The notes below the pieces were generated by a model that was not told the DNA's origin, ran no database searches, and saw only the letters and a program-made list of their open reading frames with translations. A DNA stretch of 32,000 bases from an uncultured Lentisphaeria bacterium (GTDB lineage: Bacteria; Verrucomicrobiota; Lentisphaeria; JABSQK01; JAJFLO01), in the NCBI GenBank assembly GCA_951812855.1, contig OX638337.1, positions 150,001 through 182,000 of the forward strand. The letters are read 5' to 3'. The first letter of the stretch is position 1; every line of letters begins with the position of its first letter. The position numbers and the translations under genes are program-made. Of the stretch, positions 1-10,574 are shown in pieces.

Positions 1-102
1 AAAACGACATACAAAGCGTAGTTTAATCTTACTGCCCCCCCTGCTCTGTTTCTCAATATCCATTTGAACTTACATTAAAATTGTCTTCATTTCATATTAG
101 AA

Positions 103-966
103 ATGCCCACATTACAAAATATTTATTCAGAAATTGTCACTAAATTTCACTCTCACAATATTACAAGTCCGGAAGTCAATGCGGAATGGTTATTATCAAA
201 GATACTTAAGCTGAAAAAAAGTGATTTTATTCTCAATGACGATTATCCGGTTTCAAAAGAACAAACGGATAAAATTCAATCATTTGTTGCACGTCATGTG
301 AATGGCGAGCCGATTCAATACCTAACCGGTTCAACAGAATTCTATAATACTACTGTTTTAGTGGGACCCGGGGTATTAATCCCCCGACCGGAAACAGAAC
401 GGGTAGTTGATATTGCATTAGAATTATATAAGAATGATAACGGAGCTATTCTTGACCTGTGCACAGGGTCTGGATGTATTCTTTTTGCTTTGTCAAGAGA
501 ATTATCTTATTCAACTCAATGTGTCGGAATAGAGATTTCAGACACTGCAATCAAGTGGGCCCTGAAAAACCTCAATAATGATTCTGAATATTTTTATCCC
601 TCAAATATTTCATTCATCCAGGGGAATCTGTTTGAACCGCTAAGACGTGATTTTAAGTTTGAGCTTATAACCGCAAATCCGCCTTATATTTCCAGTACAG
701 AGTTTAATAATCTCCCTTTCACCGTTAAAAACTTTGAACCTCAGATGGCACTTTTAGCTGATAATAACGGTTTAAGGATATTAGAAAATATAGCAGAAAA
801 AGCATGCGATTACTTAGAAAGAAACGGTTGGCTCATTTGTGAGATTGGTGAAGCTCAAGGTAAATCTGCATTAAAATGTTTCGACTATTATGGATTGAAA
901 AATACTAAAATTTTGACGGATAACACGGGTCGGGAAAGAATTATCACAGGGCAGAACAAAGATTAA
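103..966 (+). CDS. prmC: release factor N5-glutamine methyltransferase (PrmC/HemK)
   Basis: 287-aa ORF. It has a SAM-binding 'ILDLCTGSGCI' motif and the catalytic 'NPPY' motif (ITANPPYIS). Length and layout are typical of HemK/PrmC. Confidence 0.85.
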   Translation: MPTLQNIYSEIVTKFHSHNITSPEVNAEWLLSKILKLKKSDFILNDDYPVSKEQTDKIQSFVARHVNGEPIQYLTGSTEFYNTTVLVGPGVLIPRPETERVVDIALELYKNDNGAILDLCTGSGCILFALSRELSYSTQCVGIEISDTAIKWALKNLNNDSEYFYPSNISFIQGNLFEPLRRDFKFELITANPPYISSTEFNNLPFTVKNFEPQMALLADNNGLRILENIAEKACDYLERNGWLICEIGEAQGKSALKCFDYYGLKNTKILTDNTGRERIITGQNKD

Positions 967-1117
967 TTTTCTCAAAAATAGTTTAAATGTTTTCTAATAT
1001 TCACAACGGGATTTGACAATTAACATACACAACTTACTTGTTATAGCCTTTGATTTTAAATTGTTGATTGTTAAGTTCAACAGGAATCTCATCAATCATA
1101 AATCGTTATAAGTTACC

Positions 1118-1195
1118 GACCCCATCGTCTAGCCAGGCCTAGGACACTGGGTTTTCATCCCAGCAACACGGGTTCGAATCCCGTTGGGGTCACCA
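1118..1195 (+). tRNA. tRNA-Glu (anticodon UUC), CCA encoded
   Basis: Hand-folded cloverleaf. The acceptor GACCCCA pairs with TGGGGTC. The anticodon stem is CTGGG/CCCAG with loop TTTTCAT (anticodon TTC). The T arm is ACGGG-TTCGAAT-CCCGT, followed by discriminator A and CCA. It is close to the E. coli tRNA-Glu sequence as recalled. Confidence 0.9.
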
Positions 1196-1239
1196 ATCCC
1201 TCAGCAACCCAACCAGTCTAACATTAATTTGAATGATCT

Positions 1240-1878
1240 ATGATTGATATAAAATATTTTACATTCAATGGATTCCGGGAAAACACGTTTTTGCTTTTTG
1301 ACAAGACCAAAGAATGTGTGATTATTGATCCGGGATGTAACGACCCGTATGAAGAAAAGCAACTGGTTGATTTTATTGAAGATCACGATCTGACTCCTAA
1401 AATTATTCTCAATACACATTGCCACATAGACCATGTCATGGGAAACAAATTCATTGTTGACAGATTTAATATCCCATTATTATTCAACAAAATTGAGTGT
1501 CCTGTTCTTAACGCTGCGGTTGGCTATGCAGACGCCTGTAATATTCAGTACACCCCCTCCCCTGCGGCAACTGATTACATATCCGAAGCCGATACCATTG
1601 AATTTGGCAAATCAAAATTATCAATAGTATTTGTTCCCGGCCATAGTCCCGGCCACATTGCATTTGTTTGTGATGACCAGAAATTTGTCATCAGTGGTGA
1701 TGTATTATTTCAAGGAAGTATTGGCAGAACAGATTTACCCGGTGGTGATTTTGCTGCCCTGGCAGAGAGTATTAAGACTAAATTTTTTACTTTGAGCGAC
1801 GATTTTCAGATATATCCGGGACATGGCCCGTCAACCAATATTGCATTTGAGAAAGCAAATAATCCGTTTTTATCTTAA
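1240..1878 (+). CDS. MBL-fold metallo-hydrolase (glyoxalase II / YcbL-like)
   Basis: 212 aa. Contains the HxHxDH motif 'HCHIDH', a downstream 'PGHSPGH', and 'GD..F..S.GRTD', as in hydroxyacylglutathione-hydrolase-like proteins. Confidence 0.8.
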   Translation: MIDIKYFTFNGFRENTFLLFDKTKECVIIDPGCNDPYEEKQLVDFIEDHDLTPKIILNTHCHIDHVMGNKFIVDRFNIPLLFNKIECPVLNAAVGYADACNIQYTPSPAATDYISEADTIEFGKSKLSIVFVPGHSPGHIAFVCDDQKFVISGDVLFQGSIGRTDLPGGDFAALAESIKTKFFTLSDDFQIYPGHGPSTNIAFEKANNPFLS

Positions 1879-1923
1879 AACTATTTTTGATCTCCGGTTT
1901 TTAGAAAACATTCTAAAGAATAC

Positions 1924-2802
1924 TTACATTTTTATCGCTTTATGGGCTCTTTCCTGATGCTCGATATTTTTACATATCGTTACCAGATCACAGCCTGCAG
2001 ATAAACAATTCTTAACGGCTTCTTCAATTGAATAATTGGTTGCGATTGCTCCCATTTCTAAATCATCTGATATAATGAGTCCGTTAAAATCTAATCGTTT
2101 ACGCAGGATGAACGTTATAATCCGTTCAGAAAAGGTCGCGGGTTTAACCATATCAAGTGCTCGGTATGCTGCGTGACCAATCATGACAGCATCAACTCCG
2201 GTTTTGATTGCTTTTACAAACGGCTGCCAGAGTTTTTCCAGTTCATCCTGATCCAGGGTAATCAGTGTTTCAAGTTTATGCGTATCATCTCCAGCGGGTC
2301 CCAGTCCTGGAAAATGTTTCGCAGTACATTGTACCCCGGCCGTATGCATGCCTTCAATAAACGCGACACACATGTCACCGACAAACTCCGGATCACTCCC
2401 GAAACACCGATCTATCAGGAGTAAATTAGTTGTCGGGCATGCAACATCTGCAAGAGGGGCCAAATTTAACGTTATACCAAGACCTTTAAGTACCTGCCCG
2501 GATTCTCTTGCGTACTCAAAAACCTTTGACGCATCATTTAATTTAGCCAAACTGTTTGCTGAGGGTAATTCAGGTAATATTTCAGAAAATCGAACCACCC
2601 TGCCCCCTTCATGATCCACGGCGATTATCAGGTCGTTTCCAAGAAGATCTTTTAAAGATGTAATGAATTCCTGCAATTGTTTTTTTGATGAACAGTTTCG
2701 TTCAAAAAGTATAATTCCCCCGGGTTGAATTTGATTTAGTCGTTTCTCGTCATCATCAGAGAGTTCAGTTCCGGGAAGATCAATAAAAAATGGGCTTTTC
2801 AT
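1924..2802 (-). CDS. nagZ: glycoside hydrolase family 3 N-terminal-domain protein, NagZ-like beta-N-acetylhexosaminidase
   Basis: 292 aa. Carries the GH3 signatures 'VDHEGGRVVRF' and 'KHFPGLG'. It is a single-domain, signal-less form like NagZ, but somewhat short for the family. Confidence 0.65.
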   Translation of the reverse strand: MKSPFFIDLPGTELSDDDEKRLNQIQPGGIILFERNCSSKKQLQEFITSLKDLLGNDLIIAVDHEGGRVVRFSEILPELPSANSLAKLNDASKVFEYARESGQVLKGLGITLNLAPLADVACPTTNLLLIDRCFGSDPEFVGDMCVAFIEGMHTAGVQCTAKHFPGLGPAGDDTHKLETLITLDQDELEKLWQPFVKAIKTGVDAVMIGHAAYRALDMVKPATFSERIITFILRKRLDFNGLIISDDLEMGAIATNYSIEEAVKNCLSAGCDLVTICKNIEHQERAHKAIKM

Positions 2803-2840
2803 TATGCATTTTCCTGATTGTTAAGTAAATCAAATTTAGG

Positions 2841-4382
2841 TTATTTATTGTTTTCCTCGTTATTTTTGAAAAATATACAAGTAAAAAATGTCCAGCTTGT
2901 GCCAATCCCAATTGCCCATGGCCAGGCTATTTTAGTTATCTTTAGTGGTGATAGCAAAACGGTGCGAAAATCAGTTAAAAAAAATACAGAGTCCGATGTG
3001 AGGAAAATAACCAGAATAACACTGCTTGTCATAGCAAGTGCATTGATGTTATCCCGCCCTCGGTTCTCAGTAAGAACAGCCAGAAGGAAAATACCCAACA
3101 ATGCACCATACGTATAACCGACTATCTTAAATCCTAACCACAAAATAGATTCTGTCTGAACAAATTTCATGCCGATTCCGGCTAAAATTATGCTGAATGC
3201 CAGAATCAGATATCGCGTAATTTTGAGTGCGGTTTCATTTGTAATCGTTGCGTTTGAATATCGTTTTATTATATCAATATAACAGGAGGACGCTAATGCA
3301 TTCAGTGCTGAATCAAGAGATGACATTGCCGCAGCCAACAGGCCGGCGATAAGCAACCCCCTAAACCCTGGATTCAAAACTGTTTTTATGAAATACGGAA
3401 ATATCTTATCTGCCTGATTTTCCGATAACAATCGAATTACGGTGTCATCGGGAAATACTGAATAGTAAACGAATAAGGATGCTCCCACGGACAAAAATAT
3501 CAGGGTTATGGGAACATTAAGCAAGGCAGTCATAATGAGTGCCTGCTGACTGTCTTTTGCTTTTTTACAGGTTAACATTCGCTGAACAAGATCATGATCT
3601 GTCCCGAGTGCAGCGAAGGTACTCAGGCAGCCAAAAACCATACCGGCGACAAGTGCATTTGGATTATTAAAATTGAAAATAAAATCATGATGGGATGGAT
3701 TGAGAGATACATGAAACAACTTAAATTTTTCATGTTCAATGCCAATTGATATAAAATCATTCCAGCCGTTTGGCAACGCATAAATCACCGTGAGTACAGC
3801 GATAACTGCTGCTGAGATAAATAGAAAAAACTGTAAACAATCCGTCCATATAACCGCTTTTATTCCTCCTAAAAGTGTATAAATGACAGCGATCAAGGTA
3901 ATCACAATGATTGCAAGATTAATGGGGACTTGGAATACCACCGACAATGCGATCGCACATCCGGCAAGTCGAACGCCGCTGGCTAACAGTCGCGTTACTA
4001 AAAAAAATAATGTTCCGGCATCATGGCTGCGTGGCCCAAAACGCCCTCCAAGAAATTCATATACAGTCGTTACCTTTTTACTATAAAATGGTTTGAGAAA
4101 CAGAAACGCGATCAGTAGACGGCCAATAAAATCACCCAACCCGAGTTGGAGATAACGAAAATCCCCTGTATAAGCGGCCCCGGGTACGCCGATGAAGGTC
4201 AGTGCCGACAATGATGTTGCATATATCGATATCATAACGCTCCACCATGGCATCTGTCTGCCCCCGAGAAAGTAATCCCGTTCTGTACTCTCTTTCTCTT
4301 TTGAATAATAGCCGATGGCAATGACTGAAAGACCATAAAAAACTAATACGGTCCAGTCTAATAATAACAGATTTGAATCCAT
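2841..4382 (-). CDS. sodium:solute symporter (SSF) family transporter
   Basis: 513 aa and highly hydrophobic, with roughly 13 predicted TM segments. N-terminal 'YFLGGR' and the overall pattern are typical of the SSF family. Substrate unknown. Confidence 0.75.
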   Translation of the reverse strand: MDSNLLLLDWTVLVFYGLSVIAIGYYSKEKESTERDYFLGGRQMPWWSVMISIYATSLSALTFIGVPGAAYTGDFRYLQLGLGDFIGRLLIAFLFLKPFYSKKVTTVYEFLGGRFGPRSHDAGTLFFLVTRLLASGVRLAGCAIALSVVFQVPINLAIIVITLIAVIYTLLGGIKAVIWTDCLQFFLFISAAVIAVLTVIYALPNGWNDFISIGIEHEKFKLFHVSLNPSHHDFIFNFNNPNALVAGMVFGCLSTFAALGTDHDLVQRMLTCKKAKDSQQALIMTALLNVPITLIFLSVGASLFVYYSVFPDDTVIRLLSENQADKIFPYFIKTVLNPGFRGLLIAGLLAAAMSSLDSALNALASSCYIDIIKRYSNATITNETALKITRYLILAFSIILAGIGMKFVQTESILWLGFKIVGYTYGALLGIFLLAVLTENRGRDNINALAMTSSVILVIFLTSDSVFFLTDFRTVLLSPLKITKIAWPWAIGIGTSWTFFTCIFFKNNEENNK

Positions 4383-4628
4383 AATTTTGTTAATTTTCTT
4401 GGGTTCACTGCGTTTTATCCGATACTAATCGCAAGGAATTAAACATGCACGTAAGATTAAATTTATGTTTTCACTACAACAGCGGCTTGCCCCTTTGTCA
4501 TTCATAGATATGTTAATTTTCAGTTTGATTAAAGCTAATTGACATTTTAGGATTGTAAAATTGCGACATTAATTCTTCCAGTTTAAAGTCGAAAATGAGT
4601 CAGTTTTTAACTGATAAACCCGGCATGC

Positions 4629-6647
4629 ATGAATATTTCTCATTTAAATCCCCAACAGCAGTATGCCATTCGAACTGTCGATGGTCCCCTGTTAGTGTTA
4701 GCCGGTGCGGGTTCCGGTAAAACAACGGTAATTACCCACCGAATCGCCTGGATGCTGCATCAGAATATCAAAGCAGAAAATATCCTTGCAGTCACCTTTA
4801 CGAACAAAGCTGCCAGGGAAATGAAGGAACGAATTGCAAAACTCACGTCATCTAAGATAAGACGTAAGTTGAACATCGGTACATTTCATGCATTTGGCTG
4901 TAAAATCCTGCGGTTTAATATCCGGCACCTCGGTTATAGTCAAAAATTTGGAATCGCTGATGAGGGGGATCAGATCGGCCTGATTAAACAGGTTGCTCAG
5001 GATATGGGATTGGATAAACAGGATCATGAGATATCGTTTTTGCAATCAGGCATAAGTAATGCAAAAAATAATTTGCAATCTCCTGAGGAAGTCAGGGACA
5101 GCGGTGATCTTTCCTGGTTTAAAACACTGGCAGTTGTTTATGATCGATATCAAAATTTACTGCAGAGTATGGATTTAGTTGATTTCGATGACCTTCTTTA
5201 TTTGCCGATTCGATTATGGCGTGAAAATGAGGAAATTCTTGATAGGCATCAACTCCAATTCCGCTATATACTTGTTGATGAATATCAGGATACCAACCGG
5301 TTACAGGCTGAAATGATAAGACTCCTGGCTGGAAAGAATTTGAATATCTGTGTTGTTGGCGATGATGATCAGTCGATATACGGATGGCGCGGAGCGGAGA
5401 TTAAAAACATATTAAACTTTCCGGATCGGTTTATCGGAACTCAAATCACCAGACTTGAACAGAATTACCGTTCGACAAATACAATTCTTAAAGCTGCAAA
5501 TGCAGTTATTAAATACAATAAAGATCGTCATAACAAAACCTTATGGTCAGATTCCGGACACGGTGAAACGGTAAAAATTATTACTGCTGATAACGAAACA
5601 CATGAAACAAAAATCGTCGTTGATTTATTAAAGAATTCCCGGTTTGAAACTAAAAACAGCTATGAGAATATGGCTGTTCTCTTCCGGTCAAATTTTCAAT
5701 CACGATTATTTGAGATCGCTCTGAGAAAAGCTCAAATCCCCTATCGACTTATTGGATCACGATCATTTTATGAACGTCGGGAAATCAGGGACGCGTTGGC
5801 TTATCTAAAAATTATTCATCGTGAAAAAGATGATCTCAGCCTGTTAAGAATTCTAAATGTTCCGACACGGGGAATTGGCGATAAAACTGTCGATAAGATG
5901 AAATTATACCGTGAGCAAACTGGAAAGCATTTTCTTCGTTTTATAGATTTAACCGATTTCTTAAGTTTACTTAATGATTCAGCTCAGGAGAAAATTAAGA
6001 AATTCATGACCTGTTATCGGTTGGCTCTCGATCAGTTTAGTCAGAACCAAAATCTGGCTGAAAATATTAAAGGGTATCTTGAAAAAATTGGATATATTGA
6101 CGGACTGAAAAAGATTTATAAAAACAACGATGACTACGAATCCCGGTTTGAAAACGTCATGGAGTTAATTAATTCTGCGGTACTGCTGTCCCAAAATTCC
6201 ACAGAAAAAATTACTCTTCAGGATTTTTTAGAATCATACTCCCTGGCGGAAGATCCGGCACAAACTCATAAAAAGGATAAGACGGAAAATCATGGGGTAA
6301 GTCTCATGACGGTTCATACCGCTAAAGGAACAGAATTTCCTGTTGTAATTGTCGTTGGTTTAGAACAGAATTTATTCCCTCATGAACGGTCACTTGCCGA
6401 CCAGCAAATTGAAGAGGAACGTCGATTGTTTTATGTTGCAGTTACACGTGCAAAAACTCATTTGTTTTTAACACGAGCCAAAACCCGGGTAAAATACAAT
6501 ACAAAAAATCATACCTATCCATCACAATTTATTTCGGAATTACCTGACGATGCGGTTGAATTCTCTACATTGAACGAACTTTTCAAACCCGCAGAAGCAG
6601 ATGATGTTGATGCTATTCTGGCACAAATGCGGAAACGGTTCGCATGA
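4629..6647 (+). CDS. SF1 ATP-dependent DNA helicase (UvrD/PcrA/Rep family)
   Basis: 672 aa. Motifs seen: Walker A 'GAGSGKT', motif II 'VDEYQDTN', 'QNYRS', 'TVHTAKGTEFPVV' and 'YVAVTRAK'. Confidence 0.88.
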   Translation: MNISHLNPQQQYAIRTVDGPLLVLAGAGSGKTTVITHRIAWMLHQNIKAENILAVTFTNKAAREMKERIAKLTSSKIRRKLNIGTFHAFGCKILRFNIRHLGYSQKFGIADEGDQIGLIKQVAQDMGLDKQDHEISFLQSGISNAKNNLQSPEEVRDSGDLSWFKTLAVVYDRYQNLLQSMDLVDFDDLLYLPIRLWRENEEILDRHQLQFRYILVDEYQDTNRLQAEMIRLLAGKNLNICVVGDDDQSIYGWRGAEIKNILNFPDRFIGTQITRLEQNYRSTNTILKAANAVIKYNKDRHNKTLWSDSGHGETVKIITADNETHETKIVVDLLKNSRFETKNSYENMAVLFRSNFQSRLFEIALRKAQIPYRLIGSRSFYERREIRDALAYLKIIHREKDDLSLLRILNVPTRGIGDKTVDKMKLYREQTGKHFLRFIDLTDFLSLLNDSAQEKIKKFMTCYRLALDQFSQNQNLAENIKGYLEKIGYIDGLKKIYKNNDDYESRFENVMELINSAVLLSQNSTEKITLQDFLESYSLAEDPAQTHKKDKTENHGVSLMTVHTAKGTEFPVVIVVGLEQNLFPHERSLADQQIEEERRLFYVAVTRAKTHLFLTRAKTRVKYNTKNHTYPSQFISELPDDAVEFSTLNELFKPAEADDVDAILAQMRKRFA

Positions 6648-6689
6648 TCCGGTTCTACAACGCAATGATATTCGTCGTATTAAGGATTA

Positions 6690-7538
6690 TCAGTCTATAT
6701 TGACCTGGCCTTTAAATACAATTACTGCGGGACCCGTCATATACACGTGATTATTTTCTGCCCATTCAATTTGAAGGTCTCCCCCCTTCAAGTGAACAGT
6801 TACATTCCGGGAAGTATGATTATTCAGCATTGCTGCAATTCCGACCGCGGCAGCACCGGTACCACATGCCATTGTCTCCCCGGATCCTCTTTCCCAGACT
6901 CTCATTGAAATTGAATCTGAATCCTGAATCGTGGCGAATTCAATATTCATTCGATTGGGAAACAGTGGATGACATTCCAGTTCCGGACCGAGTTTTAGGA
7001 TATGTTCATCTATAATTTCATCTACGAAAATGACACAATGTGGATTTCCCATAGAAACACAGGTAATCTTAAATTGATGCTCCAGGATCTGGATGGATTC
7101 ATTTATAATCTGATTCTTATCCAGTGCAACAGGTATGTCACGACCATTTAAAATGGGTTCGCCCATCTCGACTCTAACATTCGCCACGAAACCATCATCA
7201 CCAAGTATCAGATTCAGATGACGATTTCCTGCCTGAGTTTTAATACAAATGTCGGTATTTTCAATGTAATTATTATCATAGACATATTTGCCTATACACC
7301 GAATTGCATTGCCGCACATTTCGCCTTCAGATCCATCGGCATTGAACATTCGCATTTCAAAATCAGTTGTATTATGGGGAAGTATCAGCACGATTCCATC
7401 GCCTCCGATTCCAAAATGTCGATCTGACAGTCTGATTGCCAATTCATTTGGATTGGAAATCAGACTTGAATTTTTAATACAGTCAAAATAGATATAGTCA
7501 TTACCGAGACCTTCCATTTTTATAAATTCTGCAACCAT
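6690..7538 (-). CDS. dapF: diaminopimelate epimerase
   Basis: 282 aa. The N-terminus 'FIKMEGLGNDYIYFD' aligns with E. coli 'FSKMHGLGNDFMVVD'. The two catalytic Cys contexts 'CGNAIRC' and 'ACGTGAAA' are present. It overlaps lysA by 19 nt. Confidence 0.88.
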   Translation of the reverse strand: MVAEFIKMEGLGNDYIYFDCIKNSSLISNPNELAIRLSDRHFGIGGDGIVLILPHNTTDFEMRMFNADGSEGEMCGNAIRCIGKYVYDNNYIENTDICIKTQAGNRHLNLILGDDGFVANVRVEMGEPILNGRDIPVALDKNQIINESIQILEHQFKITCVSMGNPHCVIFVDEIIDEHILKLGPELECHPLFPNRMNIEFATIQDSDSISMRVWERGSGETMACGTGAAAVGIAAMLNNHTSRNVTVHLKGGDLQIEWAENNHVYMTGPAVIVFKGQVNID

Positions 7539-8752
7539 TCACATTCTCCAATTATGGTATCGACCAGTTCCTGATTTGTGAGTCGTTTTCTGGCTGATTT
7601 TATTTCATTTTTATAAACAAAAACTTCAGCCGGCATCGCTCTTAAATTATAAACACCTCCCATTGCATAACAATACGCGCCTGCATTTTCTATCGATAAA
7701 ACATCGCCTTCTCTAATTTCTGAAATTGCCCGTTTCTCAGCAAACCGGTCACCGGTTTCACAGATATTTCCACAGACATCATAATTCTTATGTTTACCAT
7801 CACAATTACTTATATTGGCAATATGATGATAAGCCTCATAAAACATAGGACGAATTAATTGAGGGAAACCGGAATTCGTTCCTGCAATCAGCCGTCCACG
7901 ATTATCTTTTAACGTGTTTACGGTGACCAGCAGATAACCGGATTCTGCGACAATAAATTTTCCCGGTTCAAAATACATTTCAAGTTCCCGACCATATTCG
8001 CTGCAGTAATCGCTGAATATAGTTCCTATTTTCTGTCCAGGTTTACCATAGTCAATACGCGTTTCCTCCGGGTGATAAGGAACCTGGAATCCCCCTCCAA
8101 AATCAATGAATTCCAAATCTGGAAAATTATCTCTGCCTGCGATGCTTAACAGGTTACGTATACTTTGGAAGACCGCATTGGTGTCATCAATTCCAGATCC
8201 GGTATGTTCATGAAGGCCAATAACTCTTAAATTATAGGTATCCGCAATGGACTTAACGGTGTCAACATCTTCCAGCAACACACCAAACTTTGTCAATTTT
8301 CCACCCGTTTGAATTTTTTTATGGGCACCGGCAACCACATCCGGATTGAACCGAATACAAACCTTTGATCCCTGATATTTTTTACCGTACCGCTCTAAAC
8401 GGGATAATGATCCAATATTCAGTAATACCCCGGATTCCTGGACATCATCAACTTCAGAATCAGTCATATTATTTGCTGTGTAGAGTATATTTTCAGGTTT
8501 GAATCCTACTTTCTTTGCTAATAAAATTTCTGCCGGACTGACTGTATCTAACCAACCGCCAAGTGAATAAATTAATTTGAGTACCGAAAGATTATAGTTT
8601 GCTTTCATCGCATACAATATTTTCAACTTCGGCCAGGAAATATAATTGATTAGATCATTATAACGTTTTTCAATTAAATCACCATCGTATACATAAAGAG
8701 GTGTTCCGTATTCATTTGCTAATTCCAGTAATCGGTCATTATCAATCGCCAT
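7520..8752 (-). CDS. lysA: diaminopimelate decarboxylase (PLP fold-type III)
   Basis: 410 aa. Contains the 'YAMKAN' PLP-lysine motif, 'HEHTGSG', 'GGGF' and 'CETGD'. Its position directly upstream of dapF supports lysA over other group IV decarboxylases. Confidence 0.82.
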   Translation of the reverse strand: MAIDNDRLLELANEYGTPLYVYDGDLIEKRYNDLINYISWPKLKILYAMKANYNLSVLKLIYSLGGWLDTVSPAEILLAKKVGFKPENILYTANNMTDSEVDDVQESGVLLNIGSLSRLERYGKKYQGSKVCIRFNPDVVAGAHKKIQTGGKLTKFGVLLEDVDTVKSIADTYNLRVIGLHEHTGSGIDDTNAVFQSIRNLLSIAGRDNFPDLEFIDFGGGFQVPYHPEETRIDYGKPGQKIGTIFSDYCSEYGRELEMYFEPGKFIVAESGYLLVTVNTLKDNRGRLIAGTNSGFPQLIRPMFYEAYHHIANISNCDGKHKNYDVCGNICETGDRFAEKRAISEIREGDVLSIENAGAYCYAMGGVYNLRAMPAEVFVYKNEIKSARKRLTNQELVDTIIGECEWLQNL

Positions 8753-8781
8753 AGTTTTTTCTCCTGATTCACCATAAAATC

Positions 8782-9330
8782 TTAGTGTCGTTTGTAAAAG
8801 TAAAATGCGACATTGCCATAAGTCTTCTGTTCAAACAGTACTAAATTAGTAAATTGATGCTGTTCAAATTCAGATGGATTGATTTGGACAATAACCAGTC
8901 CGCTTTTCTCGATCCATTCCGGATATTGATCTAACAAGTCCAATGTCCGAATCCATAATTGTTTATATTGAGGGGGAGCAATAAATATCAGATCATAAGA
9001 TGTCGATTGTGTTTTCAAATAGTTAAACACGTCTGTCTGCAGAAGTAATGCACTGTCACTGAGTTTTGTATGTTCAAGATTCCTTCGAATTACTCCGCCT
9101 GCTTTTCTCGAATTTTCAACAAAACAGACGAGTTCAGCACCCCGACTCAATGCTTCAATGCCTACTGAACCTGTCCCTGCAAAAAGGTCGAGAAAAGATG
9201 CATCAACAATCCTGTTTCCAAGAATGTTGAATAATGATTCTTTTCCACGATCAGTTATTGGCCGGGTTCCGCTGCCCTCAGGCATTGAATACAATTTTCT
9301 TCCTTTGGCTAATCCGGATATTACACGCAT
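8782..9330 (-). CDS. rsmD: 16S rRNA (guanine966-N2)-methyltransferase RsmD family
   Basis: 182 aa. N-terminus 'MRVISGLAKGRKL', 'TRPITDRGKESLFNIL', the SAM motif 'DLFAGTGSVGIEALSRGA', and an 'APPQY' (DPPF/Y-like) motif. Confidence 0.8.
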   Translation of the reverse strand: MRVISGLAKGRKLYSMPEGSGTRPITDRGKESLFNILGNRIVDASFLDLFAGTGSVGIEALSRGAELVCFVENSRKAGGVIRRNLEHTKLSDSALLLQTDVFNYLKTQSTSYDLIFIAPPQYKQLWIRTLDLLDQYPEWIEKSGLVIVQINPSEFEQHQFTNLVLFEQKTYGNVAFYFYKRH

Positions 9331-9538
9331 GGCAGTGTTGAATTTAAACCCTTAAACTGAAGGCACAGAGTTAACGAAGTCTTTATTATTGGCAAAATAG
9401 TTTATAAAGGTGTAATTACGGTTATTACAGCCAACCATGATTAGACTGATACAGATCGCCGATTCTATCGATTATCTACAAGATGGAACTTACTCCGATT
9501 TATACACATACGTGTTATACACCTATTTAGAACGTTAC

Positions 9539-10420
9539 CTATTTTTGCTCGCCGATATGCATCAGTGGAAGTGGGCTTGGACTGTCTGCATTCAGAAAAT
9601 AAATTTTGGATGCCGGATCTTTAGAAATTGACTTTAATGCTTCCAGAGCCTGTAGCTGAAGATAGGTTGGATTATCGCTAATCGCATCATTTATTGCTTT
9701 GATCTCAAATGCCTGAGCTTCAGCCAATACTTTCTTCATCTCTGCTGATTTTTCTGCTGCTTTCAGTTCAGCTTCAGCGGATGCAATTTTTTGATCCTGT
9801 TCCGTTCTAAACCTTTCTAATTCAGCTTTTTGACGTTCTACGGCCTGTTCACGTTCCTTTTTGGACTCGATGGCTTTTGTTATGAATGGAGGAAGGGTAA
9901 TATCTCTTAATAAAACTTCTTGTACCTCTATACCTTTCTCGCCCAAATAGTTTTTAAGACCACTCTCTAAGGAGTCCTGCAGCGTTTCCTGTGTTTTTTC
10001 CAGGAAAAAATCTTCTGCACGTTTTATTGACTTTCCCTGTTCGCGAACCAGGGATCGCAGTGTTGGAATGAGATGAACGACAATGGCTCGTTCGGCTGAA
10101 CCTGTATCCCGGAGGATCCTCGGTGCCTGATCGCCTATAATTCTGAATTGAACACTTAGTTCTATTGAAGTCTGAAGTTGATCCTGAGACGGTACACTTA
10201 CTGTTTCTTTATGAGTTTTCTGCCGTGCATCAAATATTGCCCAGCCATAAAGGGGATTGACCGGAATATGCATTCCCTCTGTAAATGGTTTTTCTTTTAC
10301 TTTACCGAATAATGTAGCAACACCAACATGACCTGCTGGAACCACTTTAAATAATCTTGGCCCTACAAGCACCAAAACAACGATGATGACGATCGGTACA
10401 ACTCCTAATCCTTTATTCAT
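9539..10420 (-). CDS. SPFH/band-7 (prohibitin/HflC-like) membrane protein
   Basis: 293 aa. It has an N-terminal TM anchor, an SPFH-like core, and an Ala/Glu/Lys-rich coiled-coil tail (EREQAVERQKAELERFRTEQ...). No NfeD partner is seen adjacent. Confidence 0.75.
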   Translation of the reverse strand: MNKGLGVVPIVIIVVLVLVGPRLFKVVPAGHVGVATLFGKVKEKPFTEGMHIPVNPLYGWAIFDARQKTHKETVSVPSQDQLQTSIELSVQFRIIGDQAPRILRDTGSAERAIVVHLIPTLRSLVREQGKSIKRAEDFFLEKTQETLQDSLESGLKNYLGEKGIEVQEVLLRDITLPPFITKAIESKKEREQAVERQKAELERFRTEQDQKIASAEAELKAAEKSAEMKKVLAEAQAFEIKAINDAISDNPTYLQLQALEALKSISKDPASKIYFLNADSPSPLPLMHIGEQK

Positions 10421-10574
10421 AATTAAACCCCTTTCTTAAATATTTTGATTGCGGAATTTCCTGATATGTAATACTTTTACAACTCTATAGCATTTATCTT
10501 GAACTTCCAGTACAATCGCCTGTTATCCGGGCTGTTTCTATCAATTATAGATTATTTTTATAACAGGAGTAACT

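Noticed and set aside
1013-1045. TTGACA upstream of tRNA-Glu (about 1013-1018) as its promoter, and similarly TTGACA at about 4539 and TATAAT at about 19904.
   Set aside because: In each case no partner hexamer lies at 16-18 nt spacing. The best candidates are at 11 or 23 nt, so I could not support a sigma70 promoter call.
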